Source: Clostridia bacterium
GTDB lineage: Bacteria; Bacillota; Clostridia; JAAYHZ01
Direction of reading: 5' to 3'
Length of the DNA stretch: 64,000 nt
Assembly: GCA_050950825.1 (NCBI GenBank)
Contig: JBMNIH010000004.1
Coordinates: 320,001 to 384,000 of the forward strand
Shown piece after piece: positions 9,102 to 18,636 of this stretch. Below the pieces are notes generated by a model, which saw only the letters and a list, made by a program, of their open reading frames with translations, did not search any database and had not been told where the DNA came from. Position 1 is the stretch's first letter. Each line of letters starts with the position of its first letter. A program made the translations under genes and the position numbers.

Positions 9102-9416
9102 ATGAGAGAAAATAAAGGTTGGTTTTTTCGAATAAAGGTGGATACCGGTAAGAAGTTCAAGATCAATATTCCGCTCCCCATCTATGTTTTCACCGAATGC
9201 TTCTACTCTCTGGAGGGTTGGTCTTTGATACTCGATTGGGCCCTACCTCGGTTGATGACCAAAAAAGCTTATGACGAAACCTTCGGAAGCTCCTTCGGCT
9301 TCTACAATTTGGTTCAACTGATAACAGGTGTATTTGAAACGCTGCAAGATTGCGGTAGATTTTCTTTAGTGGAAGTGGATTCCGGCGATGCGAAAGTATC
9401 CATTCAAATCTTTTAA
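9102..9416 (+). CDS. Hypothetical protein related to the C-terminal part of the upstream SHOCT protein
   Basis: FRIKV...KINIPLP and LVEVDSGDAKVSIQI echo LRIRV...NINIPL and LVDVKGDGVNVDISI of 8686-9093. Confidence 0.6.
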   Translation: MRENKGWFFRIKVDTGKKFKINIPLPIYVFTECFYSLEGWSLILDWALPRLMTKKAYDETFGSSFGFYNLVQLITGVFETLQDCGRFSLVEVDSGDAKVSIQIF

Positions 9417-9432
9417 ATAGGAGGTAATTCTC

Positions 9433-9795
9433 GTGAGAAAACAGTTGATTATTATGCTTTGCTATGTTGCCGTCATTTTCTTATCCGTACTTATCTTTCC
9501 CGGAGTCGAGTTTCGATCCTTGTCCGCCATTGTCGGAATGGGAATTTTGTTGTGGCTGGTGAATTTGATTATCAAGCCCTTGCTGCTACTGATAACGTTG
9601 CCTTTAAATATCATCACGTTCGGTTTGATGAGCTTGTTCGTGAACACATGGACGATACGAATCGCAGACCGATTGGCCAAAGGATTTTCCTATCCGAATT
9701 TCGGAACCGCTTTTGTTACGGCCCTTATACTCATGGCGGTCCATTTGGTTTTGATTGACAACAAAGAATCCGTATTAATGAAGAAGCTGTCTTAA
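9433..9795 (+). CDS. YvlD/DUF360 four-TM membrane protein (often labelled phage holin family)
   Basis: Signature VN.IIKPLL.LITLPL.I.TFGL..LFVN; SD AGGAGG. Confidence 0.8.
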   Translation: MRKQLIIMLCYVAVIFLSVLIFPGVEFRSLSAIVGMGILLWLVNLIIKPLLLLITLPLNIITFGLMSLFVNTWTIRIADRLAKGFSYPNFGTAFVTALILMAVHLVLIDNKESVLMKKLS

Positions 9796-10604
9796 TCTTT
9801 GAAGAACAGCTTTCTTCTGTTTGCACAGCACTTGCAATCCTCGTGACGGCACAGCGCCAGTACCGGATATTTTTTAAAACAAGGGATTAAGGTTTTCATC
9901 ATACGATAAGAATCGATCAAGTACGATTCGGAAGGACCGATACTGCACTTCTTCATAATGTTTTTTTCCAGTAGCAAAGGGTCGAATATATCGAAGTTCT
10001 TACTGCAGCCCGGAATATATCTTGTCAAAGGATATTCTCTGACGGATCCGTCATCCTGTTCCGTCAAATAGACCGTTCCCTCGGGTAAGGGATAGGACGC
10101 TTCCAAATAAGGAGCATCGGCCAAATGCTCGACTACATGGATGCTCGAATTTCTCGTATTCTTCACGCCTAAAAGCAGAATTTTTCCGCCCATTAACGCC
10201 GCTTTATGAAAAGGAGTATTTTCTTCGAATGCATAGATAAAAGGGGAATGGTGCTCGATGAGCCAATCGGCTTTTTCACCCCATGCCGCCGCCGAATGGG
10301 TAGGATGCAAGCTTCTTTTGACGCCCTCCATTCTCCAAAAGGTGTCGGGAATGACGCCCGTATGTTTTTTGCATCCGGATTTTTTCGGATGAAAAGGTCC
10401 GTTGTCATTGCACGATAAGCTTGAGGTATGGGTAGGCATAATCAAAGCGCCTTTTTCCGTTATGATTTCCTGCAATGCGCGTATCACCGTTAACGCTCCG
10501 CCTTCCACATGGCCAAGACTAGACAAAGAGCTGTGAAGTGCCAAAACATCCCCTTTTTTTATACCGATAGAAGAAAATTCTTGTACCAGACGGTCAAAAT
10601 TCAT
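9792..10604 (-). CDS. AAC(3)-family N-acetyltransferase (YokD-like)
   Basis: GD.L..HSSLSSLG.V.GG, G.L.MPT, TG.IP, RSLHPTHS, ILLLGV, H..E motifs. Confidence 0.8.
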   Translation of the reverse strand: MNFDRLVQEFSSIGIKKGDVLALHSSLSSLGHVEGGALTVIRALQEIITEKGALIMPTHTSSLSCNDNGPFHPKKSGCKKHTGVIPDTFWRMEGVKRSLHPTHSAAAWGEKADWLIEHHSPFIYAFEENTPFHKAALMGGKILLLGVKNTRNSSIHVVEHLADAPYLEASYPLPEGTVYLTEQDDGSVREYPLTRYIPGCSKNFDIFDPLLLEKNIMKKCSIGPSESYLIDSYRMMKTLIPCFKKYPVLALCRHEDCKCCANRRKLFFKD

Positions 10605-10697
10605 GCGTTCTCACCTTTTGCGGTTAATTTTAAATCAGTTTACCATAAAAAAAGAATAACGGCTATACGGATATAAGGTTAAGCGTTCCGGATAATG

Positions 10698-10739
10698 AAA
10701 AACGCAAGGACTAAAAAATACGAAGTCCTTGCGTTTTTT
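10698..10739. terminator. Intrinsic terminator after the GH20-like gene (bidirectional form)
   Basis: AAAAACGCAAGGACT...AGTCCTTGCGTTTTTT. Confidence 0.75.
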
Positions 10740-10749
10740 GTGCTATGCT

Positions 10750-12261
10750 CTAAACGCCCCAAGAAAATTGTGCGGTGGCACCGATACCTAAGTGGAACAT
10801 GAGGGGATGGTAGTTGTACCATGCGGTGGTAATCATTCCTAACGTTCCGGCCACCGCGCATCTTTCCGCGGCGGTTTTGATGTTGGGTATAAACCGCCAA
10901 TAATTAGGCAGCGTGTGGAAGTCGTCGCCGTTTCCAAGGCAGGTAGGTGCTCCGATGACTTGGAATCCTTTGTCCATGTAAAATTCGATATAGGGGTAGG
11001 CTTTGACACGTTTTGGGAACTCGTCGCCGAAATAGCCGCCGTATAAGTCCATGAATTTTTTGCTTAAGCTTTCTTTTAGATTCACGGGACGTATGAAGGT
11101 TTTCATGACGGATGCTTCCAAATCGGACAGCTCGTCTTTCCACAAGTCCTTCCATCTTTCGTCCGCCACTTGAACCGGTTTGCCGTTACGGTCATATCGG
11201 GCAATAAAATAGGGGCTCGGATTGCCGACGGTCCAATAATCCCAATACATAATGACCGTTCTTTTGTCCAACATATCCAAAGCTTCCGGATGAGCGCACA
11301 GCATATCGTCCCATATGATAGGCGTTAATCCTCTTGACAGGACATATTCGCATAACGAGTTCATATAGTCCACGTATAGCCTGCTGATGCCAAGGTTTTT
11401 CACTTTTTCCTTGCAAGCGGGGCATCGCCCTAAGCTTCGGGCCTCGTCTCCGCCTAAGTGTATGTATCGTATGCCGGGATGAGCTTCGATCATTTGATCC
11501 AATAACCCGGTTACAACGCGGAAGGATTCCGGATTTAAAGGACATATTTGCGCCGGGGAATCTCCGTTCTCCCGGATGCTTTGATATCCGTCCAATGTCA
11601 CCATGTATTCAAGATGGCCGATGGTTTGCTGAAGGGGTATAATTTCCATGTCCAATTCCTTGGCTTTTCGGTTGATTTTTTGAATGTCTTCTTCTTTCAA
11701 TGTGGTATTTACCGCCAAGTCCTTGTTTTTCGCAAAGGGGAATCGATTGGAGTATTCGATCAATAGGGTATTCAATTTCATTTCGGCGGCTTTTTCCATG
11801 GCGTATAACGCTTCGCCGATATCCATTTGGCGATAGCTGTCGAAATTGATATGGAATCCTCTCATACCCAACGAAGGCCGGTCTTCCACGATCCCTTGGG
11901 GCGGTTTGCCGTCGGGAGACAGTTGCCACAAGGTCTGCATACCGTATTGAATTCCTCTTATGGAGCCTGCCGTTAAAGCAATTTGCCCTTCGCGTATTCG
12001 AATGGTATAGGCTTCCTTCTCCAGTTTCGAATCGATGCTCCAAAGGATCCTGCCGCCGTCATTTGCGGGTTCGGAAGATAAACGATATTTTTCTTTCCAT
12101 ACTCGGGAAAGCTCTTGAACCTTCGGTTCGTTTGCATCGGAGAGGTTGTCGAGCTTTAGAGTCCAATTTCGGGTCAGACTTATCAAACCGCCGTCAAATA
12201 CGGCTTTTTTGGGCATGGGCATAACCCTTTTATGTCGGTCGGCAATGCTTCCGGTAATCAT
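10750..12261 (-). CDS. GH20-family beta-N-acetylhexosaminidase-like protein
   Basis: GH20b N-domain (EAY.I, G..YG.QTL.QL), D.P....RG, HLGGDE catalytic pair, IIWDD; SD AGGAGG; no signal peptide. Confidence 0.8.
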   Translation of the reverse strand: MITGSIADRHKRVMPMPKKAVFDGGLISLTRNWTLKLDNLSDANEPKVQELSRVWKEKYRLSSEPANDGGRILWSIDSKLEKEAYTIRIREGQIALTAGSIRGIQYGMQTLWQLSPDGKPPQGIVEDRPSLGMRGFHINFDSYRQMDIGEALYAMEKAAEMKLNTLLIEYSNRFPFAKNKDLAVNTTLKEEDIQKINRKAKELDMEIIPLQQTIGHLEYMVTLDGYQSIRENGDSPAQICPLNPESFRVVTGLLDQMIEAHPGIRYIHLGGDEARSLGRCPACKEKVKNLGISRLYVDYMNSLCEYVLSRGLTPIIWDDMLCAHPEALDMLDKRTVIMYWDYWTVGNPSPYFIARYDRNGKPVQVADERWKDLWKDELSDLEASVMKTFIRPVNLKESLSKKFMDLYGGYFGDEFPKRVKAYPYIEFYMDKGFQVIGAPTCLGNGDDFHTLPNYWRFIPNIKTAAERCAVAGTLGMITTAWYNYHPLMFHLGIGATAQFSWGV

Positions 12262-12288
12262 AACGAAATCCTCCTATTCGAATTCAAT

Positions 12289-13746
12289 CTATTCCGTAAA
12301 CAAGCTTTTGTAAAAATCACTTTCCTTGTTCATATAGTTCGAAAGCTTATCATAAGGAATCAAGGCGGTAGGAAATCCGGCAGCATAAGGCGCAATGTCG
12401 TACTGCTGGTAATAAATCTTCAAGCCATCTGCCGTTACGGCGGCATAGTATTCCTCACGGTAGAACTCTTCCAACCTTTCTTCCTCGGGAGCGTCGTCGC
12501 CGATATACAAAAAGATATCGGGCGTTTCCAAAAACACTTGGTTTACAAGCTTGGCTATGGCCATTCTCCAATCCGTATCTTCTTTAAACAAATCCTCCAA
12601 TCGATATTGCTTGCCCGTTGTCTTGTCCAAATAATAGGAGAGGATATAGGAGTTAGGGTGGGCGGCTCCGAACCCGTACCAATAACCTTCAAAATCCAAA
12701 TTCAAGATATTGTTGACGGTTTGAATGCCGTAGCTTACCGACAGCGTTCTCGTAATTTCCGCTGCAGGAGGATCGCCGTGAAGAGGGGTGTCAAGCGCCG
12801 ATTCATCTCCGATAATTCCGTCTAAAATATTGGCCATGCTTTGATTCAATTCATCGGCAAGAGCATTGTCGTCTCCATGGAAGACAGGATAAAAGTAGCT
12901 AGTACCGATGTAGGGAGAGTAGATTTCCGTGGTGTAGAATAAAGAATCGGATATTTTTTCTTCACCCATATATTGATCGATTACTTTCCCCTCCGGCGAT
13001 ACGGTAATAACGATGCGGTCGTTCATGCCTTCGTAAGGCTTTAAAACGATATTGCCGTCTTTGACGGATACATCGGCATAAAACCGAAATACGGGGCTGT
13101 TTTCAATGTATTGTCCCTTCGAATCGATAAACAGGGTGTATCGGCCGTTGTTGGCGACAAAAAGATCCTCCGTTATTTCCTTCGCATCGTAGAATTCCGG
13201 CTCCGTCAGATGATTGCCGTTTTCATCGGTAAAGCGGTATTTGATCATGTTCCAACCGCTGGGGCCGTACTGAGGAAACAGTTCTTTCGGCTCGGATGTT
13301 AAATAGCGGTATTTCCCGGCTCGTAAAATAATGCCTTCCGGCGGAATCACATAATTTCCTTCGGGATCGATCAATCCGAACAATCCTTCGTTGAGCAGGC
13401 CGTAAGAATCCTCATCGGGATTCGGTATTCGGACGATACCGCGATTACCCTCGAAATCTTCCGCATAAGAAAATTGTGGTTTGATAACCGTGTTGTTTTC
13501 GGAATCCTTGTAACCGTACAATTCTCCTTCTTTATAAGCAATAAGGCGAACCTCTTTTTTCGTTTCTTCCTTTGATGTCTCCGGAACGCCGGTCGTTTCT
13601 TTCGTTGTTGTTTCTTTAACCGATTCCGTACCGACGGTAGCGGTTGTGTTCCCTTTTGTTTCTTGAGCAGGTCTGCATCCTGCAAAAAGAAGCAGTAAGC
13701 TTAGTATCCATGTTAAAATAGCAGCTGTTTTTCCTCGGTTTTTCAT
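12289..13746 (-). CDS. Lipoprotein with WG repeats and a C-terminal DUF4163/DUF3298 (RsiV-like) domain
   Basis: Lipobox LFAGC, Thr/Glu linker, repeats YGYKD..N.VIKPQF and FGLID..G.YVIPP, then GAAHPN and YDIAPYAAGFP. Confidence 0.7.
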   Translation of the reverse strand: MKNRGKTAAILTWILSLLLLFAGCRPAQETKGNTTATVGTESVKETTTKETTGVPETSKEETKKEVRLIAYKEGELYGYKDSENNTVIKPQFSYAEDFEGNRGIVRIPNPDEDSYGLLNEGLFGLIDPEGNYVIPPEGIILRAGKYRYLTSEPKELFPQYGPSGWNMIKYRFTDENGNHLTEPEFYDAKEITEDLFVANNGRYTLFIDSKGQYIENSPVFRFYADVSVKDGNIVLKPYEGMNDRIVITVSPEGKVIDQYMGEEKISDSLFYTTEIYSPYIGTSYFYPVFHGDDNALADELNQSMANILDGIIGDESALDTPLHGDPPAAEITRTLSVSYGIQTVNNILNLDFEGYWYGFGAAHPNSYILSYYLDKTTGKQYRLEDLFKEDTDWRMAIAKLVNQVFLETPDIFLYIGDDAPEEERLEEFYREEYYAAVTADGLKIYYQQYDIAPYAAGFPTALIPYDKLSNYMNKESDFYKSLFTE

Positions 13747-13783
13747 ATGTCCTTTTTAACCTTCTTTTCGCTTTTCGTTTATT

Positions 13784-14650
13784 TTATACGAGAGATAAGC
13801 AATACATACCGATATCGTAGCCGATTTTGGCAATGGAATCTCTCAATCGGTCCGGTAAACGGTTGAATTCGTTGTGGGTTTCGTATACGAAATCGCCTTC
13901 GTACCCGATTTCCTTTAAAACCGGCATCACGGAGTGCCAATCGATGGTGCCGTGGAAGGGAAACAGGTGGTCGTCGCCCGAACCGCGGTTGTCGTTTACG
14001 TGGGTAGCTTTTAAATGGGATCCGAGAGTGCGGAGTGCAAAGGTTTGATCCGGGTAAAGCAGGTTTCCGTGGCCGAAATCCCAGCATGCGCCTACAAGAG
14101 GATCATTGTAGGACTCGACCAATGCTTTCAGCTCTTGTGCCGTGCATGCAAATCTTCTTTTTCGAGATCCTTCCACCATGTTCTCAAAAGCGATTCCTAC
14201 CCCGTGCTTTATGGCAAGCTCCACATAAGAATCAAAGTATTCCCGATTCTTTTTGATGCTTGCCTCCGTATCAAAAAAGGCTCTTTGTTTTTCATCGACA
14301 GGATGCATAATTGCCCATTTTACGCCTAATATGGCGCTGGCCATTATCGACCTTTTCATCATTTCATCGTAGATCTCCTGCACCTCGGGCGAAGCTTCCC
14401 GAATATCGCCTACGAAAACGGGATGGGATTGGACGAAGTCTACGTTCAGCTTTTCTCCTGTGTTTCGCAAATCATACATGATGGATTCCCAGTTATCGGC
14501 GGCCAAATCCCCCGCCGGTCGCAAAGCGTGGCAAAAGTTAACGTCAATAACATAAAATCCGGCATCTACACATCTTCGGACGGATTCCGCATACGGTATA
14601 TAACCTTGTTCATTAACGGTGAAAAAATTAGTGGATGTGCCTAGTCTCAT
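13784..14650 (-). CDS. Sugar phosphate isomerase/epimerase (TIM barrel)
   Basis: AFEN, CWDFGH, THVNDN.G..D.HL.P..G.IDW, YE; start moved to the ATG at 14650. Confidence 0.8.
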   Translation of the reverse strand: MRLGTSTNFFTVNEQGYIPYAESVRRCVDAGFYVIDVNFCHALRPAGDLAADNWESIMYDLRNTGEKLNVDFVQSHPVFVGDIREASPEVQEIYDEMMKRSIMASAILGVKWAIMHPVDEKQRAFFDTEASIKKNREYFDSYVELAIKHGVGIAFENMVEGSRKRRFACTAQELKALVESYNDPLVGACWDFGHGNLLYPDQTFALRTLGSHLKATHVNDNRGSGDDHLFPFHGTIDWHSVMPVLKEIGYEGDFVYETHNEFNRLPDRLRDSIAKIGYDIGMYCLSLV

Positions 14651-14828
14651 GATCGTATCCCCCCGTATATTTATATTCTTAGAATATAGCAAGCAATGGC
14701 TTTGGTCAAGTAAAGAAATTTAACGTAAAAAGCCGCCATGACCGGAAAAGAATATGATAAAATGGTGCATAAGCAAAAGCGGCACCGAAAACGGTTTTAT
14801 ACGAAGAAAAGAGAAAGGAGCAAATCGG

Positions 14829-15569
14829 ATGAATATCGTTATTTCCAAAAATCCGCAAGAATTAGGTAAAAAAGCGGCGAAGCATACGGCGGAGTTATTG
14901 AATAAAGCCATTAGCGAGAAAGGCAGTGCAAGAATCGTTTTGTCTACGGGAGCATCCCAGTTTGACACCCTCAAAGAATTGGTGAAACAGGATGTAGATT
15001 GGAGCAAGGTGGAAATGTTCCACTTGGACGAGTATGTGAACCTTTCCGAAAGCCATCCTGCAAGCTTTCGTAAATACTTGAAAGAGCGCTTTGTACAGCA
15101 GGTTCCTTTGAAAAAAGCATGGTTTGTGAACGGGGAGGGAGACGTTCAAAAAAATATTCAAGAGCTGACCGATGCCATACGACAAGCGCCAATCGACGTG
15201 GCTTTAATCGGAATCGGAGAGAACGCCCATATTGCCTTCAACGATCCTCCGGCGGATTTTGATACGAAAGAAGCCTATATCGTAGTCACCTTGGACGACG
15301 ATTGCAAAAAGCAACAGGTAAGAGAAGGCTGGTTCCCGACCACGGACGATGTGCCGAAGCAAGCCATATCCATGTCCGTATACCAAATCATGCAAAGCAA
15401 GGTCATCATCTCCTGCGTTCCTTATGAGGTAAAAGCGAAAGCCGTGAAAGCAACTCTTGAGAACGATACCACCAATCGAATACCGGCTACCATCTTGAAG
15501 GAACACCCCGATTTTACCCTATATATTGACGAAGATTCGGCTTCCTTACTGCCGAAAGACAAATATTAA
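14829..15569 (+). CDS. nagB: Glucosamine-6-phosphate deaminase family protein
   Basis: LSTGASQ, FHLDEY, HPASF, GIGENAHIAFNDP, IPATIL..H; SD AAGGAG before 14829. Confidence 0.8.
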   Translation: MNIVISKNPQELGKKAAKHTAELLNKAISEKGSARIVLSTGASQFDTLKELVKQDVDWSKVEMFHLDEYVNLSESHPASFRKYLKERFVQQVPLKKAWFVNGEGDVQKNIQELTDAIRQAPIDVALIGIGENAHIAFNDPPADFDTKEAYIVVTLDDDCKKQQVREGWFPTTDDVPKQAISMSVYQIMQSKVIISCVPYEVKAKAVKATLENDTTNRIPATILKEHPDFTLYIDEDSASLLPKDKY

Positions 15570-15626
15570 AAATGATTGCTGATAACTGCGGGATTTTCCC
15601 GCAGTAATTTTTCAAAGGGAAAAATT

Positions 15627-16571
15627 ATGCCTAGACCCCGAAGAGAATACGTTTTATCCAATCCCGTCGGGATTGTTCATATCGGAGATCCTTTCGTTTT
15701 GTACGATAACGGAACCTTCTACTTATACGCCACCTCGTCAAAAATCGGATTCAAGGTGTGGAGCTCCGTCGACCTAAAAAATTGGATGGAGCATCCGGAA
15801 TGCTACGAAAGAACGGAAAACTCATTCGGCTACAAAGATTTTTGGGCTCCCGAGGTTCTTTTCCATAAGGGTCGATACATCATGCACTATACCGCCCGCC
15901 GAAAGCGGGACGACCGTTTATGCATCGGTGTTGCCGTCTCCGAATCTCCGTTAGGTCCTTTTTCGGACCTTCGAAACGAACCCATTGCGGATTTCGGATA
16001 TGCCGCTATCGACGGACATGTTTTTATGGACGATGACGGTAAGAATTATTTGTATTTCTCCAAGGACTGCTCGGAGAATATTACGGATAACAGGCACGAA
16101 AGCCGGATTTATGCGGCCTTATTAAACGATGATTTGGACCGTATCGTATCCGAACCGATTCTTTTGACAAAGCCTGAAAAACCGTGGGAAACGCTTTCCG
16201 GACCGGATTGGCTGTGGAACGAAGGCCCTTTCGTATTAAAAAGAAACAACCGGTATTACCTCATGTATTCGGCCAATTGCTATGCTACCAAGGAATACTG
16301 TATCTGCTATGCCGTTTCGGATCGGCCTTTAGGCCCGTTTGTAAAAAGCGAGGACAATCCCATTCTAAAGTACAGGGAAGGGGTGTCCGGACCGGGACAC
16401 AACAGCGTTTTTCGAATCGGAGAAAGCTTGGTATGTGCATACCATGTACACACCGATTGCAATAAGCCCGGCGGGGACAGGCAGGTGTTCTTTGACAAAA
16501 TATATTTCGAAGGTGACAAGCTGCGGATCGAAGGGCCGACAATCGGAAAAGAAACGATTTATCGTGTATAG
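15627..16571 (+). CDS. GH43 glycoside hydrolase (xylosidase/arabinosidase-like)
   Basis: GDP, WAPE, AID, NEGP, GPGH five-bladed propeller motifs; no signal peptide. Confidence 0.85.
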   Translation: MPRPRREYVLSNPVGIVHIGDPFVLYDNGTFYLYATSSKIGFKVWSSVDLKNWMEHPECYERTENSFGYKDFWAPEVLFHKGRYIMHYTARRKRDDRLCIGVAVSESPLGPFSDLRNEPIADFGYAAIDGHVFMDDDGKNYLYFSKDCSENITDNRHESRIYAALLNDDLDRIVSEPILLTKPEKPWETLSGPDWLWNEGPFVLKRNNRYYLMYSANCYATKEYCICYAVSDRPLGPFVKSEDNPILKYREGVSGPGHNSVFRIGESLVCAYHVHTDCNKPGGDRQVFFDKIYFEGDKLRIEGPTIGKETIYRV

Positions 16572-16578
16572 CGATTTT

Positions 16579-17445
16579 TCAGAATAGAGGCAATTGGGTA
16601 AAGGAGGGCTCGGGAAATTCGCTTAAAAAACGAAAAATTTGATCGACATCGTGCATCACGCCGTGAGCTTCGCATTTTTCATGGAATATTTTCATTAACG
16701 AAGGGTGGTTGTCGCTTAAGCAGACGTAAGATGTACCGAATTTTCGTATGTATTTTTGCTTTAACCCGGGAAACCGAAGGTCTAACGCTTGGTAAAAATA
16801 CTCACGATTGCCTTCTCTTAACGTAAGCCCCATACCGAAATTCAATATTCCTTTTACTCCAACGTCGAAGCAGTAATCCAATAATTTTATCAGATTTTCT
16901 TCGGTATCATTTATAAAGGGCAAAATCGGAGAAAGCCACACCACGGTGTCGATCCCGTTTTCCCGCATGATTTTTAACGTTTCGACTCTTTTTTGGGTGT
17001 TGCATACGTTCGGTTCGAGGATTTCACACAAATGAGGGTCTGCCGTTGTCAGAGTCATCTCCACTACACACTTGGCTTGTTTTTGGATGCTTATCAAAAG
17101 GTCCAAATCTCTTAAGATTCGATCGGATTTGGTTTGGATGGAAAGACCGAAGCCGTAGCGATCAATGATTTCCAAACACTTTCGTGTAAGCTTTAACTCC
17201 TCTTCGCAGTGCATGTAGGGGTCGCACATGGCACCGGTTTTGATCATGCAGCGCTTTCTTTTTTTGCTCAAGGCTTTTTCCAACAACCCGGGAGCGTTTT
17301 GCTTGACTTCGATGTCTTCGAAATCATGCTTCATTTGGTAGCATAGGCTTCGGCTGTCGCAATAGATGCAGCCGTGGGTGCAGCCACGGTAGATATTCAT
17401 ACCGTTTTGAGGAGATAAAATTCCTTTGGCATTGACAAAATGCAT
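16579..17445 (-). CDS. Radical SAM protein, SplB/spore photoproduct lyase-like family
   Basis: N.YRGCTHGCIYC (CxxxCxxC), DPY, TKS, PILPFIND. Confidence 0.8.
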   Translation of the reverse strand: MHFVNAKGILSPQNGMNIYRGCTHGCIYCDSRSLCYQMKHDFEDIEVKQNAPGLLEKALSKKRKRCMIKTGAMCDPYMHCEEELKLTRKCLEIIDRYGFGLSIQTKSDRILRDLDLLISIQKQAKCVVEMTLTTADPHLCEILEPNVCNTQKRVETLKIMRENGIDTVVWLSPILPFINDTEENLIKLLDYCFDVGVKGILNFGMGLTLREGNREYFYQALDLRFPGLKQKYIRKFGTSYVCLSDNHPSLMKIFHEKCEAHGVMHDVDQIFRFLSEFPEPSFTQLPLF

Positions 17446-17523
17446 AGATTTCGTAATCTCCTTACTATGAAATAGTAAAAAAGCCGATTACAAGGAGTTT
17501 GTAACCGGCTCCGTCTTTATTTT

Positions 17524-18555
17524 TTAACCTTCCAAAGGCAATCGAACCGGTTTGCCCGTTTCGATGGATTTTGCTATGGCGAAGCAAACCTCCATGGTTT
17601 TCGCCGCATCGGATAAATTGGCGATGGGCTGTTCGCCCTTCAAAATGCAGTCTACGAAGTGATTAATTTCTTCCGCAAAAGGATGGTGAGTAACGTCTCC
17701 GGAATCCGGCAGTATCACGGGATACTCGAAATATCCTTTTTGGCCCGGGAATTTATGTGAATAGACCTTGTTGTTTAATACGGTTCCCTTTTGCCCGACG
17801 ATATGCAAATTGAAGATGTAGGGGGTTTTGCATTCTAACAAGGAGGACACTTTCCCGATGGCTCCGTTTTGAAACTTCAGCACGGCAACTACATTAGGAT
17901 CAAATTCGTAATCCGATCCGTCGAATCCGGGTGCGGAATAACCGAAGACTTCCGTGACTTCTCCGCAGAACCAGCGCAAGGCATCAACCGCATGGCATCC
18001 GGCGGACAACAGGCTGTCCCCGCCGCTTTGCTTTGTTTTGGACCATCGGTATTGCACATAATGGGGGCCGATCCAATGCCAATAATCCGTTTCCATATAC
18101 ATAATCTTGCCTACGGTATCGTCTTCCAATAGTTTTTTCGTGGTTACAAACATGGGATTCCACCGAAGAACGAAGCTGACGACGGTGGAAACGCCGGCCT
18201 TTTCAACGGCATTTTTCATCTTTAAAACATCCTCGTAGGTCATCGCCAGAGGCTTTTCCACCACCAGATGTTTTCCCGCTTCCGCACCTTTGACCACCTG
18301 TTCGCAATGAACGTCAGGGGGCGTGCAAATGGAAATGATATCGATAGCGGGATCCTGTAGCATCTCGTCGTAAGAGGAATATATTTTCCCGGATATACCG
18401 CATTCCGCTAATTTTTCTTGGGCCTTTTGAGCCGTGCGGCTGTAAATGCCTATGACATCCGTATACGGGTTGCTTATGTACGCTTTAATATGCTCTCCCG
18501 AAACCCATCCTGCACCTACAATACCTACGCCGAATCGTTCTTTCGTAATGCTCAT
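17524..18555 (-). CDS. Gfo/Idh/MocA oxidoreductase
   Basis: GIVGAG, EKP, GG.....GCHAVD; SD GGAGG before 18555. Confidence 0.85.
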   Translation of the reverse strand: MSITKERFGVGIVGAGWVSGEHIKAYISNPYTDVIGIYSRTAQKAQEKLAECGISGKIYSSYDEMLQDPAIDIISICTPPDVHCEQVVKGAEAGKHLVVEKPLAMTYEDVLKMKNAVEKAGVSTVVSFVLRWNPMFVTTKKLLEDDTVGKIMYMETDYWHWIGPHYVQYRWSKTKQSGGDSLLSAGCHAVDALRWFCGEVTEVFGYSAPGFDGSDYEFDPNVVAVLKFQNGAIGKVSSLLECKTPYIFNLHIVGQKGTVLNNKVYSHKFPGQKGYFEYPVILPDSGDVTHHPFAEEINHFVDCILKGEQPIANLSDAAKTMEVCFAIAKSIETGKPVRLPLEG

Positions 18556-18636
18556 GTTGAGACCTCCTTCTATTGAAAGATTGGGATTTTCTCTTTTATT
18601 ATACAACATTTCCTTACCTTTGTCCCGGTATTTGCC

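Noticed and set aside
9433-9795. Holin-like gene as evidence of a prophage
   Set aside because: YvlD/DUF360 proteins are common chromosomal membrane proteins; no endolysin, integrase or structural phage genes are nearby.
9792-10604. Acquired aminoglycoside resistance gene
   Set aside because: Only family-level motifs and no mobile context; resistance cannot be claimed from the sequence.
14651-14828. glmS ribozyme or other riboswitch upstream of nagB
   Set aside because: No recognisable conserved core; the short region is more simply two divergent promoters.
16579-17445. Radical SAM gene as a RiPP maturase or antiviral system
   Set aside because: SplB-like single-cluster enzyme with no SPASM domain, precursor peptide or partner genes.
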